Translations under genes and position numbers: made by a program
The notes under the pieces: generated by a model
Seen by the model: only the letters and a program-made list of their open reading frames with translations
Database searches by the model: none
Told to the model about the DNA's origin: nothing
Shown here: positions 8,668 through 18,605 of the stretch, in pieces
Layout: the number at the start of each line of letters is the position of its first letter
Position numbering within the stretch: position 1 is the stretch's first letter
Source of the DNA: Methanobrevibacter olleyae
GTDB taxonomy: Archaea; Methanobacteriota; Methanobacteria; Methanobacteriales; Methanobacteriaceae
Reading direction: 5' to 3'
DNA: 32,000 nt
Assembly (NCBI GenBank): GCA_015063035.1
Contig: SUTG01000015.1
Coordinates: 8,389 to 40,388, forward strand

Positions 8668-8833
8668 ATAATCACCATCTAAATGAAATTTGTAAAATTG
8701 ATTGAAATAAAAATTATGAAAAAATATTATGAAATAAATATTATATTGAATTTTTTAAATAATAGTTATTTTTAAACTAATAGTTATTTTTAGCTTTTAT
8801 TATATATAATAATTTTTTAAAATGAGATAATTT

Positions 8834-8927
8834 TTTTATCAAAGGAACAAGCATGCTAAAAATTAAAAAAAAGAAAAAAATTTTATCAAAGGAACAATCA
8901 TTTGAAAAAAGAAGAAATTTAAAAAAA
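8834..8927. repeat. Imperfect 47-bp tandem duplication in the hef-trmI intergenic region
   Basis: ttttatcaaaggaacaa starts both copies, at 8834 and 8881. The remainder of each unit is A-rich and diverged. Confidence 0.75.
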
Positions 8928-8950
8928 TAGAAAATAAAGAAACCTAAGAG

Positions 8951-11455
8951 TCATTTAAGTTTCTTTTGATTGTCATCTTTTTTGAAATAGAGATACTTTC
9001 CTTCAACAACTTCCTTAATGTTCTTAGCTGTTTTCTTACCGATTCCCTCGACTTCCTGAAGTTTTTTCTCATCTGCTTCAAGGACGGCCTTAACAGTTCC
9101 AAAGTGTTCAAGCAATCTCTTTGCATGTACAGGTCCTATTCCAGGCAATGATTCTATTATGAAAAGTTGCTGTTCCCAAAGGTTTTGAGGTTTTCTTTCA
9201 GTCCTGATTTGGATGCTGCGTTTTTCACCTTTCTGTTCCCTGATTGCAATTCTTTTAATCATTGCAGCAGTATCTTCCTCTGTTCTTGTTGGGATGATGC
9301 TGATGCCATAGTCAAGTGCAATAGAGGTCATGGCACCTCTGATTGCATTAGGATTTATGAATCCTGAATAGAAATCATCTCCTTCAAGGATCATGATTGG
9401 CTTTTTAAACTCTTCCATCATCATTCTTGCCTGCTTGAACAGTCTCTTATCAACAATGGAATCTACAAAGTCTTTTGCAGTCTTTCTCTCTATTGCAACT
9501 TCCTCACTAACTTGATAATCTGCAACAGCCATTGTATTGACTTTAACCTTAACGCCAATTGTATCCAATGCCCTTATGACCTTGGAGTTTCCTTCTCTTG
9601 TATCAACATAAACAACCAGATCCTGATTTTGAGGATTTTTGGCAAGCTCTTCATAAATCGCATCTTCTAAAGCCTGTTGCTCTTTGGCTTCCTTATCTCT
9701 AAGCTCTTTCAGCTTGATTTCATTCTCATTTTCAAGATTGATCTCTTCAATATCCTCATCACTGACTTCCTCTTCCAATGAATCATCCATATCCGAAGTG
9801 ACAGGTTCCTCTATAATTGAGTTTTCCCTTTTGCCTAAAACCTTAACTTTACGTTCTGTTTCAATCTTTTCAGCAGCATTAAGCTTTAGCTCTTCAATAG
9901 CCTCCTGTGTTGCAAGCTGTGTCTTCATTCTGGACTCTCTTCTAACGCTTGTCCAGTAATAACCTTCATCTATTGTCTTCTTGGTTATCAAGACCTTCAT
10001 CCTACCTGATGATTTACGGCCAGTTCTCCCTCTTCTTTGTATCATACGGATTTCAGATGGAACAGGTTCATATAAAATAACCAAATCAACTGCAGGGATA
10101 TCTATACCTTCTTCTGCAACGCTTGTTGAAATCAAAACATCGTAATTTCCAGTCTTAAAGGATTTGATGATGTTTTTCTGCTCTTTTTGAGTTAATCCTT
10201 TCTTGCCGTCACTGGTTCCTTGACCATAGAACCTGACGCTTTTGATTCCTTCCTTCTCACATCTTTCATGAATCATGTCTAAAGTGTCTCGAAACTGTGT
10301 AAACACGATGATTTTAGGACTGTCATTATCCTCACCATCATCTCTGAGTGATTTCAATCTTGTCTGGCCATCCATACCAAGCTCTAGCTTAAGGAGTTCT
10401 ATGAGCTTTTTCATCTTTGGATGCTCAAGGCCATACTCCTCTGCCTCTTTTGCAAGATAAACCGCTTTTGAAAAGTTTGGATCAAGCAGGATATTCTTAG
10501 CGGCTCTTGTAGTTTTCTTTCTGAGTCTTCCCACATAATCGTTGAATGGAGCAACTCCCTGACTTTCCAAAAGCCCTAATGCATGCTGCAAGTTAATCAC
10601 TGCAGAAAGAATGGATATTGCCTGGAAACATTCCTTAGGAGGATTTACGGATTGGCCTATTTTCCTTTGAACCCTAGACCTTGCCTTCAGTATATCCCTT
10701 TTGTTTACAGCCACTGTGTTGATGATTCCTAAATCCTTCAAGCCCTTGAGACGAACCTTTAGTGCCTTATTCACCAAATCTCTGATTTTTTCGAGTCTTG
10801 GACCCATTTCAACCTTTATCCAGTCAATGTTGATTGGATTGAAGTATGGCTTTACGTCAGGGTCCTCTTCAGTCTTGATGGTGATATCCTGAATGAAAAG
10901 GTTTTCGCAAACTTCCTTGATCTTGCTCTTGTCATGTCCTGGAGAAGCGGTAAGTCCTAAAATGAGATGGTTTTGACATTCCTTGACATATCTTGATGCA
11001 AGGTAAACATAGGAATAGGAACCTACTGCATGGTGACATTCATCAAAAACAACAAGGGAAACGTCATCCAAACTGTATCTTTCATTCAATAGGTCTGATT
11101 CAACGGTTTGAGGTGTTGCACAAATGACCTGTGACTCTCTCCATCGCTTTTCCCGTTCATCTGTCTTTACAGCCCCAGTGATTGAGGTGCAAGGAACATT
11201 TAGGAAGTGCTTGAAGTTTTCTTCATGCTGTATGGTTAATGGTTTACTTGGAGCTAAAATAAGAATTTTTGATCCTTTTAATTTTTGAAGCCTATCTGCA
11301 GCCACGAGTATTGCAATGATTGTCTTACCTAAAGCTGTTGGAGCTACAATCATTGTATTTCCCTTCTTCAATACATCTGCTGCCAATACCTGTTGATAAA
11401 TCCTAGCTTCTGCTGAATTCGGCCTAATTAAAGGATGTTCGATATAAGTAACCAT
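8951..11455 (-). CDS. hef: Hef: DEAH-box helicase fused to an ERCC4/XPF nuclease and an HhH2 domain
   Basis: 834-aa ORF. Walker A is APTALGKT and motif II is FDECHH. There is an acidic disordered linker. The nuclease core is VYVDTRE..VADYQVS..ERKTAKDF. The HhH2 domain is LPGIGPVHAKRLL..VEGIGKKTAKNI. Confidence 0.9.
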   Translation of the reverse strand: MVTYIEHPLIRPNSAEARIYQQVLAADVLKKGNTMIVAPTALGKTIIAILVAADRLQKLKGSKILILAPSKPLTIQHEENFKHFLNVPCTSITGAVKTDEREKRWRESQVICATPQTVESDLLNERYSLDDVSLVVFDECHHAVGSYSYVYLASRYVKECQNHLILGLTASPGHDKSKIKEVCENLFIQDITIKTEEDPDVKPYFNPINIDWIKVEMGPRLEKIRDLVNKALKVRLKGLKDLGIINTVAVNKRDILKARSRVQRKIGQSVNPPKECFQAISILSAVINLQHALGLLESQGVAPFNDYVGRLRKKTTRAAKNILLDPNFSKAVYLAKEAEEYGLEHPKMKKLIELLKLELGMDGQTRLKSLRDDGEDNDSPKIIVFTQFRDTLDMIHERCEKEGIKSVRFYGQGTSDGKKGLTQKEQKNIIKSFKTGNYDVLISTSVAEEGIDIPAVDLVILYEPVPSEIRMIQRRGRTGRKSSGRMKVLITKKTIDEGYYWTSVRRESRMKTQLATQEAIEELKLNAAEKIETERKVKVLGKRENSIIEEPVTSDMDDSLEEEVSDEDIEEINLENENEIKLKELRDKEAKEQQALEDAIYEELAKNPQNQDLVVYVDTREGNSKVIRALDTIGVKVKVNTMAVADYQVSEEVAIERKTAKDFVDSIVDKRLFKQARMMMEEFKKPIMILEGDDFYSGFINPNAIRGAMTSIALDYGISIIPTRTEEDTAAMIKRIAIREQKGEKRSIQIRTERKPQNLWEQQLFIIESLPGIGPVHAKRLLEHFGTVKAVLEADEKKLQEVEGIGKKTAKNIKEVVEGKYLYFKKDDNQKKLK

Positions 11456-11552
11456 GAAATAATATATGTATTTAGATATTATTTAAATATTTATAGAGAG
11501 CAGTTGAAAATTAATCAAAAGGACATAATCTTGATTTAAAATAAAAATAAAA

Positions 11553-11676
11553 TAAAGATAAATAAAATATAAAGATAAAATAAAGATAAAGTAAAAATAA
11601 ATAAAATATAAAGATAAAATAAAGATAAAGTAAAAATAAATAAAATATAAAGATAAAATAAAGATAAAGTAAAAAA
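11553..11676. repeat. 39-bp tandem repeat, about 3.1 copies, between a Mur-ligase gene and hef
   Basis: The unit taaaaataaataaaatataaagataaaataaagataaag lies at 11592-11630 and 11631-11669. The copy at 11553-11591 has one mismatch. On the minus strand the repeat is T-rich. Confidence 0.9.
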
Positions 11677-11694
11677 AGAATGGATTAAAAGCAT

Positions 11695-13341
11695 TTAATC
11701 CTTATCGCATAATTCACTAATAGCTGAATTGAATTTAAATGCAGCTTCACCAATAACTATAACAATGTTTGCATCAGTTTTTAAAGCTGCCTTGACACCT
11801 TCAACCACTTGCTCTTGGTTAGCTCCTAAAGTAAAATTAGAAGCTTGCTCAGGTGCATCTTCAGTGAAAACAAAGGTTTTCTCTAAAGTTTCATAATCAA
11901 AATCAGCATTTCCTTCTTTTGCAGATGCCAATAATTCATCTACAACAAGTCTTGAATCGTGAGAAGCTGGAACGATATATTTTACATTATCCAAGGCCTT
12001 TTCTAAAATCTCAATGTCTCCCTCATGGCCTGATTCAGAAGTAACTGTGATAACAATTGTTGTATCACCATATATTTTAGTGATTTCCTTTAATACGGTT
12101 TCAACACCTGCTGGATTATGAGCATAGTCAACCATAATGGTCTTATCTCCAACTTTACCCATTATTTCCATTCTTCCAGCAGTTCCCTTAAAGCTTAAAA
12201 GCCCTTTTTGAATCTCTTCATCAGAAAGATTCAGGAATCTTCTTGCTGCAATGATTGCTCCAACTGAATTGTAGACATTATGCAATCCATCAAGTGAAAT
12301 GGTGAAATCTGTTTCACCTTCAGGGGATTCAAGAGTGAATGTCCTGTCCTTTATGGAAATGTTTTTAGCCAAGTACATTGGCTTTTCATACTTGATGCCG
12401 CATTCGCATTCAAAGGTTCCGCAACCGGAAATAAGCTCGTTTATCTCAATGTCCCTGCCACACCAGCATGGCTTTGTTGATACTCTGCATGGCTCATCTT
12501 CAAGGCCAAAGCTGATTGCATCACCATTGAAGTCTATTTCCTTGAACAATCCTACAATTGTTGGATCATCACTATTGTAGATTAAGGTGCCATCATTCTC
12601 TTCAATGCCTTTTACAAGTTCTCCCTTGACTTTAGCATACTCTAAAAAGCTTCTTGTGATGAAGTCTGTTTCATCATTCTCATGGGGGTCCTGCAAGTGG
12701 TCAACTGTAATGTTTGTCAAGATTCCAAAATTGGCATGGGTCAAATCTATAATGGACTTTAATCCTCCGGGAGTGCCGTCAGTGCCTGTCTCTAAAATAG
12801 CTAAATCACCATTCAATCGGGTTTGAAGTGATGGGATGAATTCATTGTTGCCTTGCATGCCTTTCAAGTTATGCTCACATGGATTGATGCCTGCAGAATA
12901 TGCAATATGCTTCAAAAGAGTTGTTGTGGTGGTCTTTCCATTGGTTCCGCCAATGCACATTACAGGCTTTTCTGGTTTAAATAGCTTAAAAATGTCTCCA
13001 AGCTCAATGACCTTGATTCCTTTATTGGAAGCCAAGTTTAAAACCTTTGCATTCTTCGGCATGCTTGGAGGAGGAACTATGAAATCTATTTTCCTAAAGA
13101 ATTCTTCAGGATGGCCTCCAAAGAATATTTCTATGTCATAGCCTTCAAATGAAGAGTGGAATCTGCAATCCTCTTTAGATGAGATATCTGTTCCAATTAC
13201 AGAATAGCCCCTGTCCATAAGGATTCTTGCAACCAGGTTTCCTACAACCCCACAAACACCAATTACACCAAAGGTTTTATTTTCCAAATCCAATGAAGCC
13301 AATTCCTCATCAGACATGGAAGAGAGCTCTAAACTATTCAA
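11695..13341 (-). CDS. Mur ligase family protein (pseudomurein peptide ligase candidate) with a MurD-like N-domain and a Cys-rich insertion
   Basis: 548-aa ORF. The TTG start has AGGTG 6 nt upstream. The N-terminal Rossmann motif is GVIGVCGVVGNLVARIL and the P-loop is GGTNGKTTTTTLL. A CWCG-x11-GCG-x3-CEC cluster is inserted in the central domain. There is a C-terminal extension. Confidence 0.75.
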   Translation of the reverse strand: MNSLELSSMSDEELASLDLENKTFGVIGVCGVVGNLVARILMDRGYSVIGTDISSKEDCRFHSSFEGYDIEIFFGGHPEEFFRKIDFIVPPPSMPKNAKVLNLASNKGIKVIELGDIFKLFKPEKPVMCIGGTNGKTTTTTLLKHIAYSAGINPCEHNLKGMQGNNEFIPSLQTRLNGDLAILETGTDGTPGGLKSIIDLTHANFGILTNITVDHLQDPHENDETDFITRSFLEYAKVKGELVKGIEENDGTLIYNSDDPTIVGLFKEIDFNGDAISFGLEDEPCRVSTKPCWCGRDIEINELISGCGTFECECGIKYEKPMYLAKNISIKDRTFTLESPEGETDFTISLDGLHNVYNSVGAIIAARRFLNLSDEEIQKGLLSFKGTAGRMEIMGKVGDKTIMVDYAHNPAGVETVLKEITKIYGDTTIVITVTSESGHEGDIEILEKALDNVKYIVPASHDSRLVVDELLASAKEGNADFDYETLEKTFVFTEDAPEQASNFTLGANQEQVVEGVKAALKTDANIVIVIGEAAFKFNSAISELCDKD

Positions 13342-13409
13342 TTTAACACCTTCATGAAAAGATAAAAATTAATTAAAAAAAGAAAAAATATTATTACTCA
13401 ATAATGTGG

Positions 13410-13447
13410 AAAAAAATTTTGGTCAAGGTTTTAGCCGAAGGCTAAAA
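13410..13447 (-). terminator. Possible hairpin plus T-tract terminator between the two Mur-ligase genes
   Basis: Stem ttttagcc (13429-13436) pairs with ggctaaaa (13440-13447) around the loop gaa. A run of 7 T on the minus strand follows 12 nt downstream. Confidence 0.35.
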
Positions 13448-13453
13448 GCTTGG

Positions 13454-14950
13454 CTAGTCGTATTTTTTACAGCCTTCCTCTAAACCTGTCACTATCTTTT
13501 CCATGATTCCTTCAGGATCCTGCATGAGCTGTGGTCCTAAGTGAAGGATAGTGTCTCCAGGTTTAGAATATTTAATGGCCAGTTCTGCACCTTCTTCCAT
13601 GGTTCCTGCAATTACCTTAACTGCATCGGAGTCCACTGCAGCATCAAGCAATTCCTGTGCAGGTTCCAAGTCAACTCTTTGGTAAACCTCATTGAATCCA
13701 GTAGCTACCATTACATCAGCATACTTACCCATAAGCTTACCTGTTTCCTTCTTATCCCTGTAAGTGGAAGTGTCAAAGTTGTCAAGCAATAGGACAAGGC
13801 TTCTGTCACCTAAGAAGTCAAGTGCAGCAGTAATACCTTCAATTAAGTAGGAAGCGTCAATGTAAACTTCCCTGCCATTGTAGTCTCCAATGTATTCCAT
13901 ATGAACTGAAAGTCCTTTGAAGTTTGCAAGACCTTCCTTGATAGTTTCAACAGGCAATCCATAAGCCATAGCAATAGCTGTTGCAGCAACTGCATTCTCA
14001 TAGTAATAGCTCATCATATGGAATTCGGAAGTAAAGCTGCCTTTTTTAAGTTCTTTGGATTTGTTTCTGAATTTATAAGCGATATCAATAGCGCCTTTAG
14101 CGCTATCACCAATAAAATTACATACTTGGCCTTCACCAATAGCAATTTCCTCAAAGTTTGCTACCTTGTCAAAGTATTCGGATTTTTTGGATGGATCGTA
14201 TCCAGGCAAATCCTTAACCATTGCGTAAAAGATTGCGTCAGGTCTTGCTTCTTTTACAGTGTCTTTGCAATGAATGCTTGTAATGAAGTTTTCACTATTT
14301 TTAGCAATGAACATTTTTCTTTGGGTGTAACGTTCCATTGAACCTCCAAATTCAGACAAATGCTCCTCATAAATATTGAGCAATGCCCCTACCTTAAGCT
14401 GAAGTTCCGCCATTAATCCTGCGGTACCATGAGGAAGCTCCAAAACGGCAATGTCGGATTTTTCTGGGATTCCCTTAATGATTCCGTCAACAATGACTTC
14501 ACTAACAAGGTTTTGGGTCATGGATGAGCAGATCCAAACTTGATATCCTGCAGTTCTGAAGATTTCTGTTACCATATGGGTGGTACTGGTTTTACCTACA
14601 CTGCCAGTGATTCCAATTATGTCAATGTCAATGAAACTGTCTGCCAATCTTCCGAAATCATCGTTGGAAAAGACATTGAGATTGGCTTCTTTTATGATTT
14701 TGTAAGCTGGAGCATTTTCCGGTACAGTTGGAGATAAGTAAACTGTATCGATTCCATCAAGATTCGGTTCAAATACACCTAAATCTAATTCCACTCCTTC
14801 TTTTTCCATAAGTCTTAAAGTCTTTTGAACATCCATGTGGAAGTCTTCAATTTTCTTTGGATCGGTTATCTTTACCGTGTGGCCAGCATAGTTCAATAAT
14901 CTTGCAACAGGACGACCTGCATTTCCTGCTCCTACAACAATAACATTCAT
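13454..14950 (-). CDS. Mur ligase family protein, MurD-like (pseudomurein peptide ligase candidate)
   Basis: 498-aa ORF. The ATG has AGGAG 10 nt upstream. The N-terminal Rossmann motif is VIVVGAGNAGRPVARLL and the P-loop is GITGSVGKTSTTHMV. Confidence 0.75.
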   Translation of the reverse strand: MNVIVVGAGNAGRPVARLLNYAGHTVKITDPKKIEDFHMDVQKTLRLMEKEGVELDLGVFEPNLDGIDTVYLSPTVPENAPAYKIIKEANLNVFSNDDFGRLADSFIDIDIIGITGSVGKTSTTHMVTEIFRTAGYQVWICSSMTQNLVSEVIVDGIIKGIPEKSDIAVLELPHGTAGLMAELQLKVGALLNIYEEHLSEFGGSMERYTQRKMFIAKNSENFITSIHCKDTVKEARPDAIFYAMVKDLPGYDPSKKSEYFDKVANFEEIAIGEGQVCNFIGDSAKGAIDIAYKFRNKSKELKKGSFTSEFHMMSYYYENAVAATAIAMAYGLPVETIKEGLANFKGLSVHMEYIGDYNGREVYIDASYLIEGITAALDFLGDRSLVLLLDNFDTSTYRDKKETGKLMGKYADVMVATGFNEVYQRVDLEPAQELLDAAVDSDAVKVIAGTMEEGAELAIKYSKPGDTILHLGPQLMQDPEGIMEKIVTGLEEGCKKYD

Positions 14951-15179
14951 TAAGTAACACTCCTTGAAGGTTTATGTAATTTTGTTAGAATTTTATAAGT
15001 ATTTATAAGAATTTTTATAGGAATTATAAGAATTATAAAAATTTTTATAATTTTTAAATTTAGAAATCCTTTACCAATAATAGGACATGGCAAATGATTC
15101 ATAAATTTATATGATATTATTTATTATTCTTATATAACTTAAAGTTTATTAAAATAAGTGTTAATTATTAAGAGATAAG

Positions 15180-15587
15180 CTATAAAACTAAATCAACATT
15201 ACTAATTCCCTTAAACCCATTATCTAAAGTTAATAATTTAAACCCATGAATATCTGATAAGTAAACTAATGAGGAATCAACAAAACTCAGATTATAGTTT
15301 TCATCATTGAATTGGGAAAATAATGAAAAGACATTATAATTAAAATTATGGGTTTGGAATTCCTTAATTATCGTGAAATTATCATTCATAAAATTAAAAG
15401 CCAAATTGACTAAATCCATGTCCTTGGTTTTCATTGCTAAAACCGTTAGAACCTCAGAAATAACAAGATTTGTGATAAAACAAGGATTATTCAATAGATC
15501 TTTGTTTTCAATTGCAAGAGCATGATTCAAATCATCCCTTCTAAACAATGCTATTAAAAATGATGAATCAACTAATATTCTACTCAT
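15180..15587 (-). CDS. vapC: PIN-domain toxin VapC
   Basis: 135-aa ORF. It has the acidic PIN residues: D in ILVDSSF, E in ISEVL, D in FVDSS and D in TLDNGF. It overlaps the upstream antitoxin gene by ATGA. Confidence 0.8.
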   Translation of the reverse strand: MSRILVDSSFLIALFRRDDLNHALAIENKDLLNNPCFITNLVISEVLTVLAMKTKDMDLVNLAFNFMNDNFTIIKEFQTHNFNYNVFSLFSQFNDENYNLSFVDSSLVYLSDIHGFKLLTLDNGFKGISNVDLVL

Positions 15588-15817
15588 TCGTACAATCTCC
15601 TTTTTAATTCTACAGAACTGACTTCTTCACCATCCTCTATTATTCCAATAACATCATCTAAGGTAACTTTTTTTCTAAAATTAATTTGAGGTCTGCCATC
15701 ATCATCAATTCCCCACTCAATAATGGTGTCCTCATCAATATTGAACTGCTGTCTAAACTCTTTTGGGATAGCAGTTTGATAATTTTTATAAATTTTGGTA
15801 TTTGCAAGTATTTTCAT
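15584..15817 (-). CDS. vapB: AbrB/SpoVT-type antitoxin VapB
   Basis: The ORF track starts at a TTG at 15832. The ATG at 15817 (MKILANTKIYKNYQTAIPKEFRQ..) has GGAG 9 nt upstream. The looped-hinge-helix-like IPKEFR motif is present. Its stop overlaps the vapC start. Confidence 0.7.
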   Translation of the reverse strand: MKILANTKIYKNYQTAIPKEFRQQFNIDEDTIIEWGIDDDGRPQINFRKKVTLDDVIGIIEDGEEVSSVELKRRLYE

Positions 15818-15846
15818 GAAAATCATCTCCAATATAATATAGGATT

Positions 15847-15906
15847 CTGTTATTTATAAATATGTCTGTTAAAAATTTTTTATCTGTTAAATTTTTTTAT
15901 CTGTTA
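15847..15906 (-). promoter_or_regulatory. vapBC promoter region: TATA-like TTTATAAATA flanked by 4-5 direct TAACAG repeats (candidate VapB operator)
   Basis: On the plus strand, ctgtta occurs at 15847, 15866, 15884 and 15901, with atgtta at 15917. Spacing is 16-19 bp. The TATA-like box lies at about 15852-15861, 35-45 nt upstream of the ATG. Confidence 0.35.
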
Positions 15907-15950
15907 GAATTTTTATATGTTAAGATAATGAAAATCTATAAAATTACTAA

Positions 15951-16034
15951 AAAAATGAGAATATGCCTTTACAAAAAATAGAAAAAAGAAGAAAAAATGA
16001 AAATATACCCTTACAAAAAATAAAAAAGAGGAAA
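15951..16034. repeat. Imperfect 42-bp tandem duplication downstream of the AcnX-family gene
   Basis: aaaaatgaRaatatRccYttacaaaaaata begins at 15951 and 15993. About 36 of 42 positions are identical. Confidence 0.75.
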
Positions 16035-16082
16035 TAAAAAAAATTTATTTGAAATAAAAAAATAAAAATAGAAAAAGTAAAC

Positions 16083-17318
16083 CTATTCGAAATCTAATAG
16101 GTTTTCAATGTCATTGTAGATAACCTTTAGGCCACACATTGAAGGTACATAATTAGCTGCCTTTGCAGAGTTGACTCCAATGACTTCATAGCCCATTTGC
16201 TCTATTGGGGCAACTACCATACATGTATCACAGCAGATCTTACCTCCAGCCTTCTCAATGGCATCAAGGTATCCTAATCGTTTAGCGGCTTCCTTGATGT
16301 TGATTGAAGTACAAACCCAAAGCTCGTTTTTGATCTTCTTGCCTTTGACTATTTCTGCAACTTCCTTAACTTCCTCTAAGGAAGCATGCGGACAGCCTAA
16401 GCATACAAGGTCTGCATATCCTTCTGCTGTTGAGAGCTTTTCCCTTGTTTCTACAATATCATCTTTAGTGATTACAATCTTATCGTCAGCATTGCCAATG
16501 TCAGCAAACTTGTACTCTGGAGTGATGTCTTCAACATGGTATAAAGCCACTGCACCGGAAGATGCAAGCGCTGCACCAAGAGCCTTCAGATTGCCGTTTT
16601 CAACTTGATATGATTTGTTTTGCATTTTAAAGTAAGGAACTCCATCCTTAACCACTTGACCTACTGCATAACCTAAAGCACCGAAATCAGCCCTTTCAAG
16701 TTCACATTCAACATCAACAAGCAAATTGGCTGTTCTGTTTTCATCCAAATGGAATCCATATAAAGGAGTCTTACCTACAATAGCTGCAGCCAATGCTCCA
16801 GGACCTCCTTCACGATTTGTTCTTGCACCGATTACAGAATTCACATAAGCGACTGCAGAGGATTCAGACCATGAAACATGGTCACCGAATCTTGGGACGT
16901 TTCCAATCAAATAAGGAGTGCAGGTACATGTAGTGCTTATTCCAAGCGCTCCATAGGCATTGCAGATATCCACTTGCTTTTTAGCGAACTCTGGAGGAAA
17001 ACCGAAATCTTCCCAATTGTCAAGATCGGTTCCTGCAGGGTTAAGTGTTGCAGATATTGTTGCAATTCCACTTTTATCGCTTATTGTGCCATTTTCATTA
17101 TAAATGATTTCAGCGGTTCTCGCCAAGTCTTCAAGATATTCAAGACCTGCTTGGCCTATGGTCTTATAGGATACTCCAGACACTTGAGCAGACTTGATGT
17201 CTACGAATTTCTCTGCACCATAAATGTCTCCCAATGCAATTAAGATATCCATACTCTTTCTAATGGTTTCTCCATATTCACCACTAGCCATCTTCTCTTC
17301 TTCTTTAGTTAAAAACAT
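16083..17318 (-). CDS. Aconitase X catalytic-domain protein (DUF521), likely the phosphomevalonate dehydratase large subunit of the archaeal mevalonate pathway
   Basis: 411-aa ORF. The ATG has GGGGAG 4 nt upstream. The N-terminus [41 protein letters not shown] and the Cys-containing blocks are typical of AcnX-family large subunits. The functional call rests on the published archaeal pathway, not on this sequence. Confidence 0.6.
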   Translation of the reverse strand: MFLTKEEEKMASGEYGETIRKSMDILIALGDIYGAEKFVDIKSAQVSGVSYKTIGQAGLEYLEDLARTAEIIYNENGTISDKSGIATISATLNPAGTDLDNWEDFGFPPEFAKKQVDICNAYGALGISTTCTCTPYLIGNVPRFGDHVSWSESSAVAYVNSVIGARTNREGGPGALAAAIVGKTPLYGFHLDENRTANLLVDVECELERADFGALGYAVGQVVKDGVPYFKMQNKSYQVENGNLKALGAALASSGAVALYHVEDITPEYKFADIGNADDKIVITKDDIVETREKLSTAEGYADLVCLGCPHASLEEVKEVAEIVKGKKIKNELWVCTSINIKEAAKRLGYLDAIEKAGGKICCDTCMVVAPIEQMGYEVIGVNSAKAANYVPSMCGLKVIYNDIENLLDFE

Positions 17319-17365
17319 GAAAACTCCCCTAATGAAATTTTGTAAAATTTGAATGTTCAGTTAAT

Positions 17366-18325
17366 CTAAATTACTTCAAAACCGATAAGCTTGATATGAT
17401 TGGAAATCAATTCAGGATTTTCATCAATAGGTTCAGACAATTTGGTAGTTATGTACTTCTTGTTGTCATCTGGGAAGACTGTTGCAATCTTCAAGTCATC
17501 ATTGTCCATGATTACGCTTGCCAAGAAGTTTGCACCGCTTGAAATTCCAATTCCCAATCCTAATTCCTGAGCAATCCTTTTAGACATGTTTATTGCATCA
17601 CAGTCATGAATCAGGACAATGTCATCAATCAGTTCCTCATCAACGATTCCAGGAATGAAGTCATCACCAATACCTTCAATCAAATGGCTTCCCTCATCCA
17701 TTCCCATCTTAAGAATGGACAATGTGCTTGGCTCCAATGCAAAGACTTTAGCATCAGGATTATGATCCTTAAATCTTTTGCCGATTCCCATAAGTGTTCC
17801 ACCGGTTCCAATACCTGAAACAAATGCATTCACGTCAGGAATTGCATCAACAATTTCCTTTCCGGTAGTCATGTATTGGGCTTCAACATTCAATTCATTG
17901 TCAAACTGAAGAGGCTTATAGGCACCTATTTCATCTGCAAACTCATCTACAAGTTCAAGAGCTTTTTTAAATCCTCCATCCTCCCTAGATACAAGATGGA
18001 TTTTCGCACCGTACATTTCAATAAGTTTCATCCTTTCAAGGGATACCCAATCAGGCATGAAAATATGTACTTCATGGCCAAAAAGCGCTCCAATTGCACT
18101 GAAAGCGATTCCAGTGTTTCCGCTTGTAACCTCAATGATAGGTTGACCATCCTTTAGGTTTCCTCTTTCCTTTTCCTTTTGGATAATGTATAATGCTATT
18201 CTGTCTTTAATGCTTCCAGAATAGTTGTAATATTCAACTTTAGAATAAATGCTTCCCTTTTTTCCTTCGTATTCATAATCAATTTTAATCATTGGGGTAT
18301 TGCCAACTAATTTATCAACATTCAT
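17366..18325 (-). CDS. cysK: PLP-dependent cysteine synthase family enzyme (CysK/CysM-like)
   Basis: The ORF track extends to a TTG at 18400. The ATG at 18325 (MNVDKLVGNTPMIK) has GGTGGA 6 nt upstream. The PLP lysine is in SGSIKDR. TSGNTGIAFS and a GIGTGGT loop are present. Confidence 0.75.
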   Translation of the reverse strand: MNVDKLVGNTPMIKIDYEYEGKKGSIYSKVEYYNYSGSIKDRIALYIIQKEKERGNLKDGQPIIEVTSGNTGIAFSAIGALFGHEVHIFMPDWVSLERMKLIEMYGAKIHLVSREDGGFKKALELVDEFADEIGAYKPLQFDNELNVEAQYMTTGKEIVDAIPDVNAFVSGIGTGGTLMGIGKRFKDHNPDAKVFALEPSTLSILKMGMDEGSHLIEGIGDDFIPGIVDEELIDDIVLIHDCDAINMSKRIAQELGLGIGISSGANFLASVIMDNDDLKIATVFPDDNKKYITTKLSEPIDENPELISNHIKLIGFEVI

Positions 18326-18605
18326 AAGATTCCACCAATCAATAATAAAATAATATAAGCAATTATAATAATCATTTAGTAAATTAAAAATTTTTTGCAA
18401 TCTGCAAAATAATATAACATTATTATTTTTGTATTTTAATTATAAAATACTTTTTAAAAAAATAGGCTAAAAATTAGAATATCAATGAAAAATTAATAAA
18501 AGAATAGATTTAAAAAAAGTTAAAAATAGTGGAAATGGAATTAAAAATAAAAATCAATGTTAAATTTTAAAAAAATGATTAAAAAAATAATAGCTAAGAA
18601 TAATC

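Noticed and set aside
8944-9126. 60-aa minus-strand ORF and other alternate-frame ORFs inside hef, kae1, the Mur ligases and other genes
   Set aside because: These ORFs are nested in other frames of long ORFs that have clear family motifs. They have no independent start signals.
18326-18400. 25-codon N-terminal extension of the cysteine synthase family ORF (TTG start)
   Set aside because: The extension is N/Y/I-rich and looks non-coding. The ATG at 18325 has a GGTGGA SD sequence and gives the canonical family N-terminus (..LVGNTPMI..).
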